Shown here one piece after another: positions 36,690 through 49,252 of a stretch of 64,000 nucleotides of DNA. The stretch is from NCBI RefSeq assembly GCF_037042905.1, contig NC_087245.1, positions 35,404,001 through 35,468,000 on the forward strand, written 5' to 3'. Made by a program: the position numbers and the translations under genes. Under the pieces are notes generated by a model. It did no database searches, had not been told where the DNA came from, and saw only the letters and a list, made by a program, of their open reading frames with translations. Each line of letters starts with the position of its first letter. Position 1 is the stretch's first letter. Source of the DNA: Lytechinus pictus. Lineage: Eukaryota.

Positions 36690-37220
36690 CACCTGTAGGG
36701 TCTACATGTATGCAGGCATCGCCAGCGTAGTTGTAGATGTTGGGCCTGAGTCACATCTCATGAAGATAGCAAGTTGTGCCTCGGCCGCAGCTGCGTGGAA
36801 CTTCCACCGGCACCAGGGACAGATCCGACCCGTCCTCCGGCCAGCAGTCCTCACTCGGGATAGGTCGAAAGTCGAGACCGTCGGCGCCGCGTCGAGGACA
36901 ATTTACAGTCTTACAGATGCTAAAGTTAGAACTCTAACTTAGATCTTTTCTACTAGTCCCTATATTCCAGAATCCTGATGCTATGGCTGCCATTTATTTG
37001 GAGATCCAGTGTATCCAGCTCGAGCTCCAGGCTTTCTCCGCGCCGCATTTTCCGGTCAGCGTCGCGTCTCGATAACAAGCACTCATCAGTCTCATCTACG
37101 TACGTGCATAGCGCCAACTTAATGTGTTCCGCCATCTTGCTTGTTGGTTGCCGATAAAATGCGCATTTTCAGATTTTTTAACGCTCAGTTATTATCCATG
37201 ACTGAAACATTGACCAATCA
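36690..37220 (-). promoter_or_regulatory. Probable promoter and 5' (mostly non-coding) exon of CCDC127
   Basis: CpG-rich patch; YY1-type CAAGATGGCG at 37130-37139 on the - strand; CCAAT box near 37214; candidate donors GTGCGG and GTAAAC near 36687-36692. Boundaries uncertain. Confidence 0.5.
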
Positions 37221-40200
37221 AAAACTAGGATTCTACAAGAAATATGAATATTCATATACGAAAGTATAAACATAGATAATTCAGTTTTATGTGAAATTTA
37301 AACCCAATACTTCAAAATATGGTTAGTTTTATGTCTCTAAAATAACCCTTAAAACCTGAATTTTATTAGTAAAAAATAAAGGTTTTCCCAAGTTGCCATG
37401 GTAACGCGGTCTGAGATACAAAAGCTTAGCAAACACTTCATTTCAGTGATCGAGGATGTATTTGTTTACGGTATACGTCTACATAAATTATAACATTTTT
37501 TTCCAGACCATGGATGAACTTTCAAAAAGAGACATTTTAGGCAAGTTTTTACGATTTCCGGCAATTTTCTGACACAGGCACTTTGAAGAGGTAATTTTTA
37601 CAGAATTAGAAGAAGACATCATGGATTTTCCTAATTATCACGACGGATATGCAACTTAATTACTTGTAAACAAATCAAACAAAGTCTATGATACATTTTC
37701 GATAATGCAAAAAGAGACATTCAAGTCTCTGATTGAGAGCCGCAGATTGAACATTCGCACGGCGCAATGGTAGCGTTTTCGCCGAATTCGTCGGGGCGAA
37801 AACTCCAAGAGAGCCGTACCACTCACCAGTCCCGAACGCTGCGCTGTATGTTTGATGATTTATCTGGTGCCATTTCGTGCTTATAAATTTGTTTTTTCTA
37901 CAATGCCACTATCTCATTAAAATTGTTTGTCATGATAACATTGGAAATATTATCGTTTAATGGCCCAAAGGATCGACTGTAATAAAAGATACTTTGAAAT
38001 ATTGTCAGAGAGTGATTAGTTAGGTGATGTTTATGGTCAGAATTTAGTCATGGCTTCGGGTGAACTTACGCGAACGCGGTCACTTGCTCACGGGGCGAGT
38101 CGGCCTGGCCCTTTGGTGGAAGGCCGTTAGGCAACGTGCAGTGCAGCTAGAGCAGAGTTGGGGAGTTATAGGTATAAAAATACTTTGAAATAAGTAATCT
38201 GCAAATATTTTTGTCTTATCCCTTTGGATTACTTAGATAAGAAATTCAAATTCTCAAAGTTTAAATCAAATTTTAGACAGTGACAACAAAGAGTGGTGCT
38301 GTATGGGGGGGGGGGGGGGGGGTGGGGTCCCCAATTCACGAACAAGAAAAAAAAGGAAAAGGTAAGAGAATCTTGCGAAATTGTTCAATTGGATTTTTGT
38401 AACCAAAAGTCAAAATTATGCTTATGTCGCTTGCTTGCAACTATATATTTTATAAATTTTGCCTGATACGCCATATCGTAGTACCCTCAATTATTTTCAC
38501 TTGTTACGCCACTGACATGACTGATATAACATCTACTAGTTTATGATAACATTATTTGGTTGCGGGATCAAAGCATCAGCTATATAGCTAAACATTTATA
38601 CTTTATGCCTGTTCAACTTCCAATACAGGTTTAGGCCTGTATTTATGAGATGTTAAGATCTATGGGTGCCTTTATTATTTTCATTTTCAATTAAAACAAT
38701 TATTAATTATGTATTAATTTAGTATTAACCTCGATGATACATTTTATTGTATTAAATCGTACAATTTCTGTTGTATTAAGCCCCTTATTAAGCCCTTTTA
38801 AAAACATGCTCAGTAGCAGACCCCCCCCCATATATAAAGACAATAGAAGTGTATATAGAATTAATTGAACCCCCCCCCCCTTATTGAGGACAAAATGAAA
38901 AAAAAATACTCAAAATAATCGACCGCCCCCCCCCCCCCTTTGACGAGGCAGCTGTCGGTGGCCCGATGTCTTCATTGACTTCTTTTTGCTTGTAAAAATA
39001 ATATTAAAGAAATAGGGGCTACTCTAAGTGTCCCCTGTGAAAATTTATTTGGATCTGCAAGTGCATGAGGCTGCGCCCCCTCCAACGTCATAGCTACCCC
39101 ATATCTTTAGGTTCTAGCTCTCATATTTTTCAGCTCCCTGGTTTTTTGGAAGAAAAAAAAACGAGGCGAAAGAAAAAAGTGAAATAAATGAAATACGATT
39201 AATCAAAATTTGAGTTGTTTGAAAGAATTATACTTATCAGAGAAACTAAATTAAATTCTACAACCATGAAGAATAACAGCAATCTTGATAAATTCTGTTT
39301 TTTTTTCAAAATCAGAACCAATCAACCTTTTTCTGATTATTCTGTCACTTTCCATATTTTGGAGAAAAAAATAAAAGTGTTCATCGACGCCCTGTACTGC
39401 ATGATGAAACTGTATCCCCACTCGGCCCTCGTAACCCCCCCCCCCCCTCCCTCTCCCCCACCACAATGCCCCTTGCTCATTTCTCTTATCTCACCTTGAC
39501 CTTAATTAATTAATCTTAACTATTTGGCGGTACAGTCAAACGTGACTGGTCGCCATCATAGTTTCATCCCCAACAAACAAGGAACAAACAATAACAATTC
39601 TGTTTTTCGACCCAACATCATTCCTTTCAATATGCGTAAGGCTATACGTGGGCATGCACAAACAACGTGGGTTAACAAAAACTGACCCGCGTTTGGACTA
39701 AAATTGTGATTAAAATAAAAATGTTATAAATATGAAAAAAATATGTGTATAATGAAGGATATCTGATAAACGGAAAAACATCAATCGCTAATTCATAAAA
39801 ATGCTGGAAAAGATATGACAGAGGTTTTTAACAACGGTAATCAAGGGGAATTAGTGTATGGGTGAATGGCGTTCGAGCTTTAGCCGGAGAGGGCGCGGGC
39901 CAAATCTGCCTGAATCTGGCAATATGGCGTCGTCCATTAAGCTGACGTTAGCCAGCGGCGACTGCACGTACGTGTATATATCGCTAGCTCTGTGCAAAAC
40001 TGTACTATCGTACATATGCATAGCCATAGGATTTTGGAATCGCTTCCGTATTTACAGTTTTACGTACGTACGTCCCCGCGGGAGTGAGTGGAATTCTTAA
40101 CAGAGAATTTGATTAGTCATTAGTTCCACAAGGGCATCTTTTACGCCAATCAAAATGAGTTTCATGAACAGACTTGGGAGAAAAAAATGGTATAGCCTTT

Positions 40201-40489
40201 GTGCTAGACCGTTGTATTTTAATACATGTTTGTGATCTGGAAAGAGAAAATAATTTTAAAATTTTCAAAGTGACTCACATAATATGAACATTTAAAATTC
40301 AATGAAGTTATAAGAAGAAAAATTAAACTGAAATATAATAAAATTAAACGATAAATCAAACATTATATTTTGAAGATAAGTGAAATATTTTTATGAGGTA
40401 TTGAAATACGACTAAAATTCGTCCAGTATATTATGTATACAATGTACGTACAGAGCCAACGTAACTGAACTGGAGATCTCCATCCAACC

Positions 40490-40514
40490 GGAGGATTCTA
40501 GAACCTGGAAGAAG
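40490..40514 (+). promoter_or_regulatory. Candidate heat-shock element upstream of the BAG3-like ATG
   Basis: Alternating pentamers gGAGg-aTTCt-aGAAc-cTGGa-aGAAg, three of them perfect and in register, 94 nt before the ATG. Confidence 0.55.
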
Positions 40515-40607
40515 AGTGAGACTGAGAAACTGCCCGATCACTCTGGAACGTAACTCCTTCTACTTTATTAACATGCTACTTACTGGGTTAACAGAAAGGA
40601 GTACATA

Positions 40608-40850
40608 ATGGATCAACGCGATGGTTTTAGTCAGAAACCATCGAAAATTCGCCCGATTACCATCGACGATCCGCTTCCAGCAAATTGGGAAATGTTGACT
40701 GATCCGGGAACAGGTTGGCCGTTCTTCGTCAACCATGCAGCTCGTGCTACAACTTGGGAGGATCCAAGAGATGAAAAGGGTGTGAATACAACTTCAACTA
40801 CAACAAGTTATGATAATGGAAATCATTCTCAAGCTGGATCTGATGTGCAG
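40608..40850 (+). CDS. BAG3: BAG3-like co-chaperone, coding exon 1 (WW domain)
   Basis: WW domain [34 protein letters not shown] with the GWPFFV.H pattern typical of BAG3; CAG|GTAGGC donor, phase 0. Confidence 0.9.
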
Positions 40851-42713
40851 GTAGGCAAACAAGGCCAAGTCAAATCTAAGAGTTAGATTTTATTATCAAT
40901 TGGTGAAAAGCTGAAAAGTTGACCATGTCCATGGCCACTGTTGACTCATAAAATCTTAATTCTTATTCTTATTAATCTTATGATTTAATTGTGCCAAAAT
41001 TTTTAGATAAACTATCAACAGTTTCTTGGAAAAACCTCTGCCGTCATTTTCATATTGATTAATGGTGCCCCATTTAAAAATTCTGTGCACCCATTCACTT
41101 TAGAGTTTAGGCCCTACAGTACACATGATCATGATTAGGGGATTCTGATGAAGAGGCTGCATTTTGAGGCTGTCACGTGAAATGCCAAAAAACATTATTT
41201 TACCACCACCATTTTTAGTCAGATTTTTTATTGCATATCTTTGTACTAATTCATGTGTACTTAAGTCTATGGTTGTCGCGTATCTTCTTTTGCTAGAAAT
41301 ATGCACAGACACAGAGCCTTGCGCAGACAGGGACAGACCAGACCAGGGGACCTTTCCATTTCTATTCTAGATCTGGTGATCAATTCTAACGATGATGATT
41401 CCTGTCTAACTTAAGCCAGGTCTAGATCTATGTATCTATGCTGTGGCATATTGTCCCTATTTGGGTAACTTGTCTTGAGAGAAGGTTTTTCCTCAAACTG
41501 AAGTTAATACCCAGAATAAGATGTTGTGTTTCTGGACAAGAAAGGCAGTAACTTGCAATCAATATTTCATTTATCAATTGAAAGTAATATCAGACAGTAT
41601 TACAGAGCACAAACATTCACAATTATTTTTGCTATTACATGACTTTTGAGAGAATACAGAGCAAAAGCTGATGTTTTTATCTGCTGAAGTGTCTGGACAT
41701 CCAAACCCCACCCCACCCATCCTACATCATACATGTACCGTAATCATCATGATCATGGACAATTTGACTGCAATCGTGGGCCAAATTGCTGGTCGCTTAC
41801 CTTTGCTGATTTAAAGTGACAAATTCATTGTCTTTTTAGGATGAAAACATTTTAACAAATATTTGGAAACAAAACTCCTTCAATTTTAAGGATAAATGTA
41901 CAATATTAAAGGGGGCCACATGTCTGCACACCTACATGTAACTTTAATTTATTTTTTATTTCACAAATTTTTTCAGTTGACAATGTTCCTTATATTCTTA
42001 TAAGTGCCAAAGATCTCACAAAAATGAGAAAAATTACGAGAATATAACTGAGAGCAAGTTTCCAATGAACTTTTATTAAAGTTGGATGACCCTAAGGCCT
42101 AGCCTGCATCATTGTCTAGTTCTAATAATAAAATATATATGAAACTAAGCATTTCTGTAAAACCTGGATTTGGCTTTATAATGGATTAACATTATGCTGT
42201 TGCTGTCCTAGGGAGAAATCCTGTAGACTGGTCTATAATATGAAATATATTTTCACACACTGTACATGATGTAGACAAAGAGGCTTTGCATGTACCAATC
42301 TCCCTTTGCAATTCATGTAGCAAGTAATTTTGCTGAAAATGATTTAACCATAATGATGTCAGAGAGTTGACCACAATTGAATATTGGATATTTTGGAATG
42401 GAAGTCTCACACAAATAAGACCATGTTCTCATCTACATGTACTTTCTTGAACTTGTTTCCCTTGAAATCAAGCTGTGTACATGTACCTCTACGTAACAAC
42501 AAATGTCTATTATGTGTTTAAGCTGATCATTTTTGTTTGTGTACACATTTACTTATATACATGTAGTTCCAAAATTGCATGGACATACTCATGGCATGGT
42601 AATAATTTTGAGTTCTGTTTTTATTTTATAATTAAAGTTTTATTTAATGATATCTTTGTCATATTTTTCTGATGGGTGACAATTTGTTTTGTTTTAATTT
42701 GTGGATCTTAAAC

Positions 42714-43231
42714 TTTTTGTCTTGCCTGCATCGCAGAGCGAGACTACTAGTCACAGAACCAAAGTCAAAGGTCATTTAGGGTCAATTAATAGGCCATGTT
42801 TGGGGAACCACCATCGAATTCGTAACCGAGGTTAAGTCAATTGCCATCATAATTGCATGAAAGTTTATGGATCTAGTTCATTGAACATCCTGTCTGAGTT
42901 TCAGGTCACGTGACCAAGGCCAATGTTATTTAAGGTCAATGAACTTTGCCCATATTATTTGTTGAATTGCCTTCATAACTTTTAAAATTTATGGATCTAG
43001 TTCATGGAACGTGGGCAGACATGTAAGGGTAATCAAGTATCACTGAGTCTTACATGTACAGGTCTCATGATCAAGGTCAAAGGTCATTTAGAACATAGTA
43101 TTTTTCTTATCATATGAATGGTGTTTTTTGTGAATGATTACTTACATACATTCATTTTTTTTTAAAGTTAATTACTGCTGCTATATTGAATGGCCTAATT
43201 CAGGTGAGACTGCCAAAGGCGTTCTACTTGT
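42714..43231 (+). mobile_element. HINE-like element, same family as 3641-4057, inside the BAG3 intron
   Basis: 5' GTCTTGCCTGCATC is a near inverted match to the family 3' GCAGGTGAGAC; repeated GGTCAAAGGTCATTTAG units. Confidence 0.6.
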
Positions 43232-46200
43232 CATATTATCTTATTAGTCTGCAATGATGCAATGTTATCATTTTTTATTTTACCACCTTGTTTTTATACA
43301 TGCTCAAATGTTTTAATTAAAAGATGAATTTTTGCTACTTTAAATGAAGGTCGCTTGCTTGATGTTTACGAACACCTTTGCAACATTTTTTTACTGCCTC
43401 ATATCTCATAATTTGTATACAAAATAGTTGCAGAGCTTTGTTGCTATGATTGTCATGCCCTGTTCCAAACTAAGTGGGTTTGTGTTCTCAAACACTTTGA
43501 TCAAACCCCACTTCTCTTGTACATATACATGTACATGTATGCGTACATCAAGGGCGTAGGCCTGGGGGCGGGGGGGGGGGGAGGTGCATTGGGTGCACGT
43601 GCAGTTGTGCACCCTCCTGCTGAGGCAGAGGAGTTCCTACATGTACACTGAAAAGCAAAACAAAATTTGTACCCCTACTTCTGCTTTCGACAGCTGATTT
43701 TCCAAACTTTAGTTCCACCTCCCCAAGATATGTGTACATGTACACCAAGTTCCACCTTCCGATGTTCAAACCAGCCTACTGTATACGCCCTTGTACCCAC
43801 AAATTTGTGCATGGATAATAGGCCCTATACATGTACATGTACCTGTATGTGTAGGCCAACATAAAGAGCAAAATGTCCAGATACACAATTAAAAATTTGT
43901 GATAGATAAGATGCAGAGTTACATGTAATTAGCAACATTTTCAATTCAATTCAATTCGGTTTATTAGATATAAAACAGAATACAATGCTGTAGTCCGAAG
44001 ACTAATTGTGCAATGTTTACATTGATTATTACTTTAATACATTTGAAGATTGTATATACACTTAAAAAATTATTCACAATTCACATATAAATGAGAAACA
44101 GTTGGTTGATTGAGTCATGCATACATTTGTAAGTGAGATTTAGATTTTATGTTTGGTATTAAAGTGGGTGACCTATTTGTGTGTACATGTACACTACAAC
44201 TACAATACAAGATATGTATCACACTGGAGGTGTCACAATTCATACAAAGCAAACACTGATTTCTGGTTCTGTCCCATGCAGGGAGGTGAAAAATATGTGA
44301 GTACAGGGGCAATTAAATGGAAACAATTTTGACCTTTATACAGCGCTCCACTCTACTTCATCGTTACATGTATTGTCCTGTGCCAGTGATCTGAATAACG
44401 AATGAAATTTGCAGGCTGGGGTCCAACTGTAGGCCTGTACACGTTTTATAGTGAGTACAGGTTTTATAGGCCTACGTACAAAATTATTCTTCATTCATAC
44501 TTGTACATGATATACAGTTGTACATCACCACCAATCTCTGGGCTATTATAATGAAGACATACAGATACTGTACAATACATGTAGGCCTACAGCTACATAC
44601 AGGGGCCTGTTGCAGTAAACATAATTTGCAAATGCTTGATAAATCAAGGGCAAGTCTCTGATATTGGTTGGAAATCAAGTTGTATTTTGTATAGATTGTT
44701 CGATTGTGCACTCTTTCTTCAATGGTTCCCAGTATGACATGTACATGTAGTAGCCTACAGTGTGCATCTGCATGAGAACATTTCTCTATTTCCATATTTT
44801 TCCTTGAAATTGATGAATAGAATAGGATAGGAAATAATTATGTGATACATATTGAGTAGATATCTGTATGATGATTATTTTAGGCTTTCACATATTGTAA
44901 ATTCTCGTATTCTACCCACATACATTACATGGGTCTACAAACATCTTGCTTCATGTTCAAGAGAGACCAAATGAATACAACAATCACAATAACAAGTCAA
45001 TTTTAAAGCAAAGCATCAACATCATTCAACAGAAACCCCATTTCATACAACTTACATGTAGGTGCATTCCAACAGGAGAGGAAAAAATAAATGAATATAA
45101 TAATTAATACTGACAATTACATTGAAATGTGATGTAGAATATTTAGTTATGAGTTACATCTAAGTTGTGATTTAATAATGCGCATCAGTTCAAATCAGAA
45201 GAATTGATGCTACATGTATCTGACCTTATTATTATTATTTTTTTTTTACTTTGTAAATTTTAATATTTGAATTTTTGTAGATTTGATAATAAGCTCATGG
45301 ATATACCTACATGTATTACTCACAAGACAGCAATTTTAATCAAATTATCTTAATTAAAAAAATTAAGCCCTGAATTGTATGACACAACAAATTTTGGCAA
45401 ATGTCGATAGAAAATACCGGTAGTTAAAGGGTGCAGCTTATGTCAAATGAATAGCCCCCTCACTGATAATGACGTCCTGAGTTGTAGGACGAAGTGTGAT
45501 TATTGTCTAATAATATGTAAATGTGCTGATAGTGATAGGGTCAGCGTGACCCTGGGCCACTCACATGAATATGCATTATTATGCAATGAATATTTTTTCA
45601 TGTTTACTGTACATTTTACATGTAGATACGGGTCATGTTCTGTATACCCCCATTCTACAACACTGTATTTAGATTGCATAACATTGTTCCAACAAAGGAA
45701 ACTTCTCAAGTAATTTTTTTTTCCGTTGGTGGATTGGGTATAATTGGTACATTTTATTGTACTTTTAAAGCACATTTTTTTAGACAATTGTTCTAATGAA
45801 TAGTTTGGTATTTGTTTAAAAAAATTGGATGTCATTTGACATATAACACGTACATGTATTGTACTACTAGAATATGTACCATGTACATTACAGTGTATTA
45901 CATTACAATACAGTACACGTTAGTGTACGTGTACATGCTGTTCAATCCAAGCCTCCCTGGTATGTTACATATTCTCCTTCATCAAGTAGGCCAACATCTA
46001 CTGGTAGAATACCTTGCCAAGCTGAACAAGGGATTGATACCATCACCATTGCTCATCTTCAGGTCATGCCGTAGACTATTCACAGTTTAGTCCCTCGCAT
46101 ATCCTGTGAAGCAATGACCCTGACATTTGTCTCATACCACTATGCCCCTCCCTCTACACGTAGTCCCACCCCTTTCTCCTTGCGTTGCTAAATTGATTCC

Positions 46201-46440
46201 CCTTCCTGGCTTCCTGTTTTGGGGACAAATTTAGCCAGGTGGAAGCACCGTGAGCCTGTCACATGAGAAAAACACTAAGATCAAATGCTCCCCAGGGACT
46301 GAATCCTTGTTTTGAAGTCAGAAGGGAAAGCCCGTAGTCTCAGAGAATTGACTTTCAAATATGGATGTGGACCTACATTTTATGTATGAATGATGTATCT
46401 TTTAAGTTTTAATTATCTGTTTCTTCATAAATAAATGAAG

Positions 46441-46630
46441 GCGCGACAGCTCAGTCGGTAGAGCGGGGGACTCGTATTCCGGTGACCCGGGTTCGATTCC
46501 CACTTGGTGCGCTACTGCCCTTTGGTAAGGCATTAATCCTCAGTACCAGGTCCTTCGGAGGGGACCTTAAGCCGTCGGTCCTCTGGTTGCTTGCTTACAA
46601 GCATTCATGCTTTCTTAGCAATCAGGTAAA
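46441..46630 (+). mobile_element. tRNA-derived SINE (second family) in the BAG3 intron
   Basis: AGCTCAGTCGGTAGAGC A box, GGTTCGATTCC B box, followed by SINE body GCCCTTTGGTAAGGCATTAATCC and an A-rich end; the cloverleaf stems are imperfect. Confidence 0.75.
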
Positions 46631-47756
46631 AAAAAAATCACCACCACCACCACCCTATTCATTGATGTGGATGAATAGAGGAAAATAAAACGAGCGTGAT
46701 GCTGAAAATTTTATCAAAATATGATGTAAAATTATAAGAAAATTATGACATTTCAAAATGATGTTTATTTTAACAGGAATACATGTAACACAGGTGATAT
46801 GTAGGCCCCCTATATGAAAGAGTAGATGCCAGTAGGGTAACCAGACGTCTTGGATTTCATGGGGCAGTCCCGTATGTCAGCAATTTGTCCCGTGTCCCAT
46901 ATGACCCTGCCCAGTCCACCGTTATGTCCCATATTTCACGATTTGGAACACAATATAATATTCAACATTACATGTACATTTTATCTCATATGCATAACAG
47001 GATAAAGATGAAATATGATATGACTGTCTAAAGATTAAGTAAAAATAGTTCACAATATTTTATTTTTATATTTAAAACTAAACTAATAGGCCAACTTTTT
47101 TTTTCACTGGTGTCGATCCGTGACATCATACTATTCGAGTGGGGGGATGATGCATTAGATCATCCCCCCTTGAACAATAGATTCACAACATCTACACCCA
47201 TGGCCTAGCCCTTTACTGTACTTTACGATTTTTAGAATATTTCTTTTCATGCACTGGCAGTTATTTCAATACAAAATTATGAGAACAAGGCAGTATCAAA
47301 GACAAGCGATATAATAGAGGCTGTTCACATGGAAAATTTTGAACTACAGATTTGTACACAAACAAACCACTAAAGGTCTCTGCACCGGGGGGGGGGGGGG
47401 GGGGGGGGAGGCTTCCCTTTTATTTATGAGCAAAGAATCTCTGATCTAACCATTTGATGTGGAGCTCTAAGTTGTGAACTAAAAGTAATTCTAAACCATC
47501 AAAATACTTAATAAAGTATATTATATTGTATTTAGATTTTAGATCTACAGGACTATACACATACAAGCCATAGAAGGGAGAGGGTGGGATAGGCTTCATT
47601 TTTTTTACCCCCTCCTTTTTTCTGTGAGCAAAGAAATCACTGATCATTTTGGTATCCATCGATAAAATTTGTTACTAAAATTCTTTTAAACTGTAAAGTA
47701 AATACATTGACTGAAGAATACATCCTGACCTTAATTTGCTCATGTAGTACTATAGT

Positions 47757-48032
47757 GGGGGCACTGTTGTCTAGTGGTTACGACTATTGTCTTTCAAACT
47801 AAGGGACGTGGGTTCGATTCCCAACCATGGCGTGTTTTCCTTCAGTAAGAAATTCACCCACATGGTGCTGCATTCAACCCAGGTGAGGTGAATGGATACC
47901 CTGTCGGAAGAAATTCCTCAAATACTTGAGCGGCTCGGCTAAGTACTGCCAGGATAATAATATTATACCAAATGTAAAGTGCGATAGAGTATATTTTTAG
48001 TAGAGCTGCACTGTATAAATGGTCCAGTATTA
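47757..48032 (+). mobile_element. tRNA-derived SINE, same family as 24236-24505
   Basis: GTCTAGTGG A box, GGTTCGATTCC B box, CAACCCAGGTGAGGTGAATGG body. Confidence 0.8.
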
Positions 48033-49252
48033 TAGCTTGTGATATTGAAACACAAGAAGAGGATGAACTTCAAAGAAATATGGTTCTGAAATGCACTTTG
48101 ACCTAGGAGTTTTTAAGGTTTGAAATCAAACTTAAGCATGTGTAACCTGTAGGCCTACAGTATTGTTGAACAATTATGTAGCTTACAGTGTACCTGTATG
48201 TCATACATGTAAAATATTTTTATTCTTTTATGCACTCAAACTCAGTTGTGCCAAATTCAGATTTAATCTTACAGCTACCCCTAGTCTTGACAGGAAAAAA
48301 GAGCCTCAATTTGTGCATTCCAACCCACGTAAAGTGTGTGTACATGTACATGTAGCTTTGATGAGGATAGTGCCAGAGTGATTCAGTACTTTGGTGTCTA
48401 AGGAAGTCTGTTTGCGTAGACTAGTGGTGTCTTTGCCAAACCTGTTTTGGCAGGAAGCACCACAGATTACAGCACAACCTTGTGCTTATTAAGACTTGGC
48501 GTTCTTAAGTTCAAGCCAGTTTTAAGTTTGCAGCACTCGGACATCATATATATGTGTTTTGATCCACGCTGCTAGTTCACAAAGAGTTCTGTTCATGTTC
48601 TCTTGGTGTATTTAACTTGACTACATTCATTGCTTGGACCGACACAGAGTCTATCAAGTTTGTTGGAACACAGACTATTCAGTTTTTTTATTGTGATTCA
48701 TACAGAAGTCTGGATACAGTTTGTTTTGAATGAGGATCATAGGCACAAATACTCAGCAGTTTTTGGTGTGTATTACATGTATCTGTCAAACTTGCTGAAA
48801 AGATATTTGTTTTCATTATGTTCGAGTGAGACATAGGCATGCTTGTCAGGAAAACGTTGTTGACTTCTCTCTTTTTTTTTACTTACTGTCTTTGAGAGCA
48901 TGACGGTAAGATTTGCCGAGTAGAAAATGATTGATCTGTTGAACAGACTGGGAAATGGGAATTATTTAGTTGTACAATAGAATATTGAATATACAGTGTA
49001 TTCCTTCACTTTAGGAGTTCAGCTTCTCAAGGTTGACCCTCCAAAACAATAATGTATTCTCTCAATTGTTTAGGTCTTTAAACTGGTGTAGACCTACATG
49101 CACATTATGTAATTGAGAAAATAGTTTATTTTCCTCATTTGTCTTCTTCAAGATTTTGACATTTTTATTTTATCACTAATTGAAAAAGATCAGATTCTTG
49201 TTGAAATTCTATTGATTTTAAGTATTATTCAAATTTTCTTTTTATCTTTCAG

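Noticed and set aside
46441..46515. tRNA gene (CGT-anticodon-like)
   Set aside because: The acceptor, anticodon and T stems pair poorly, there is no oligo-T terminator, and a SINE body follows directly; it is a SINE head.
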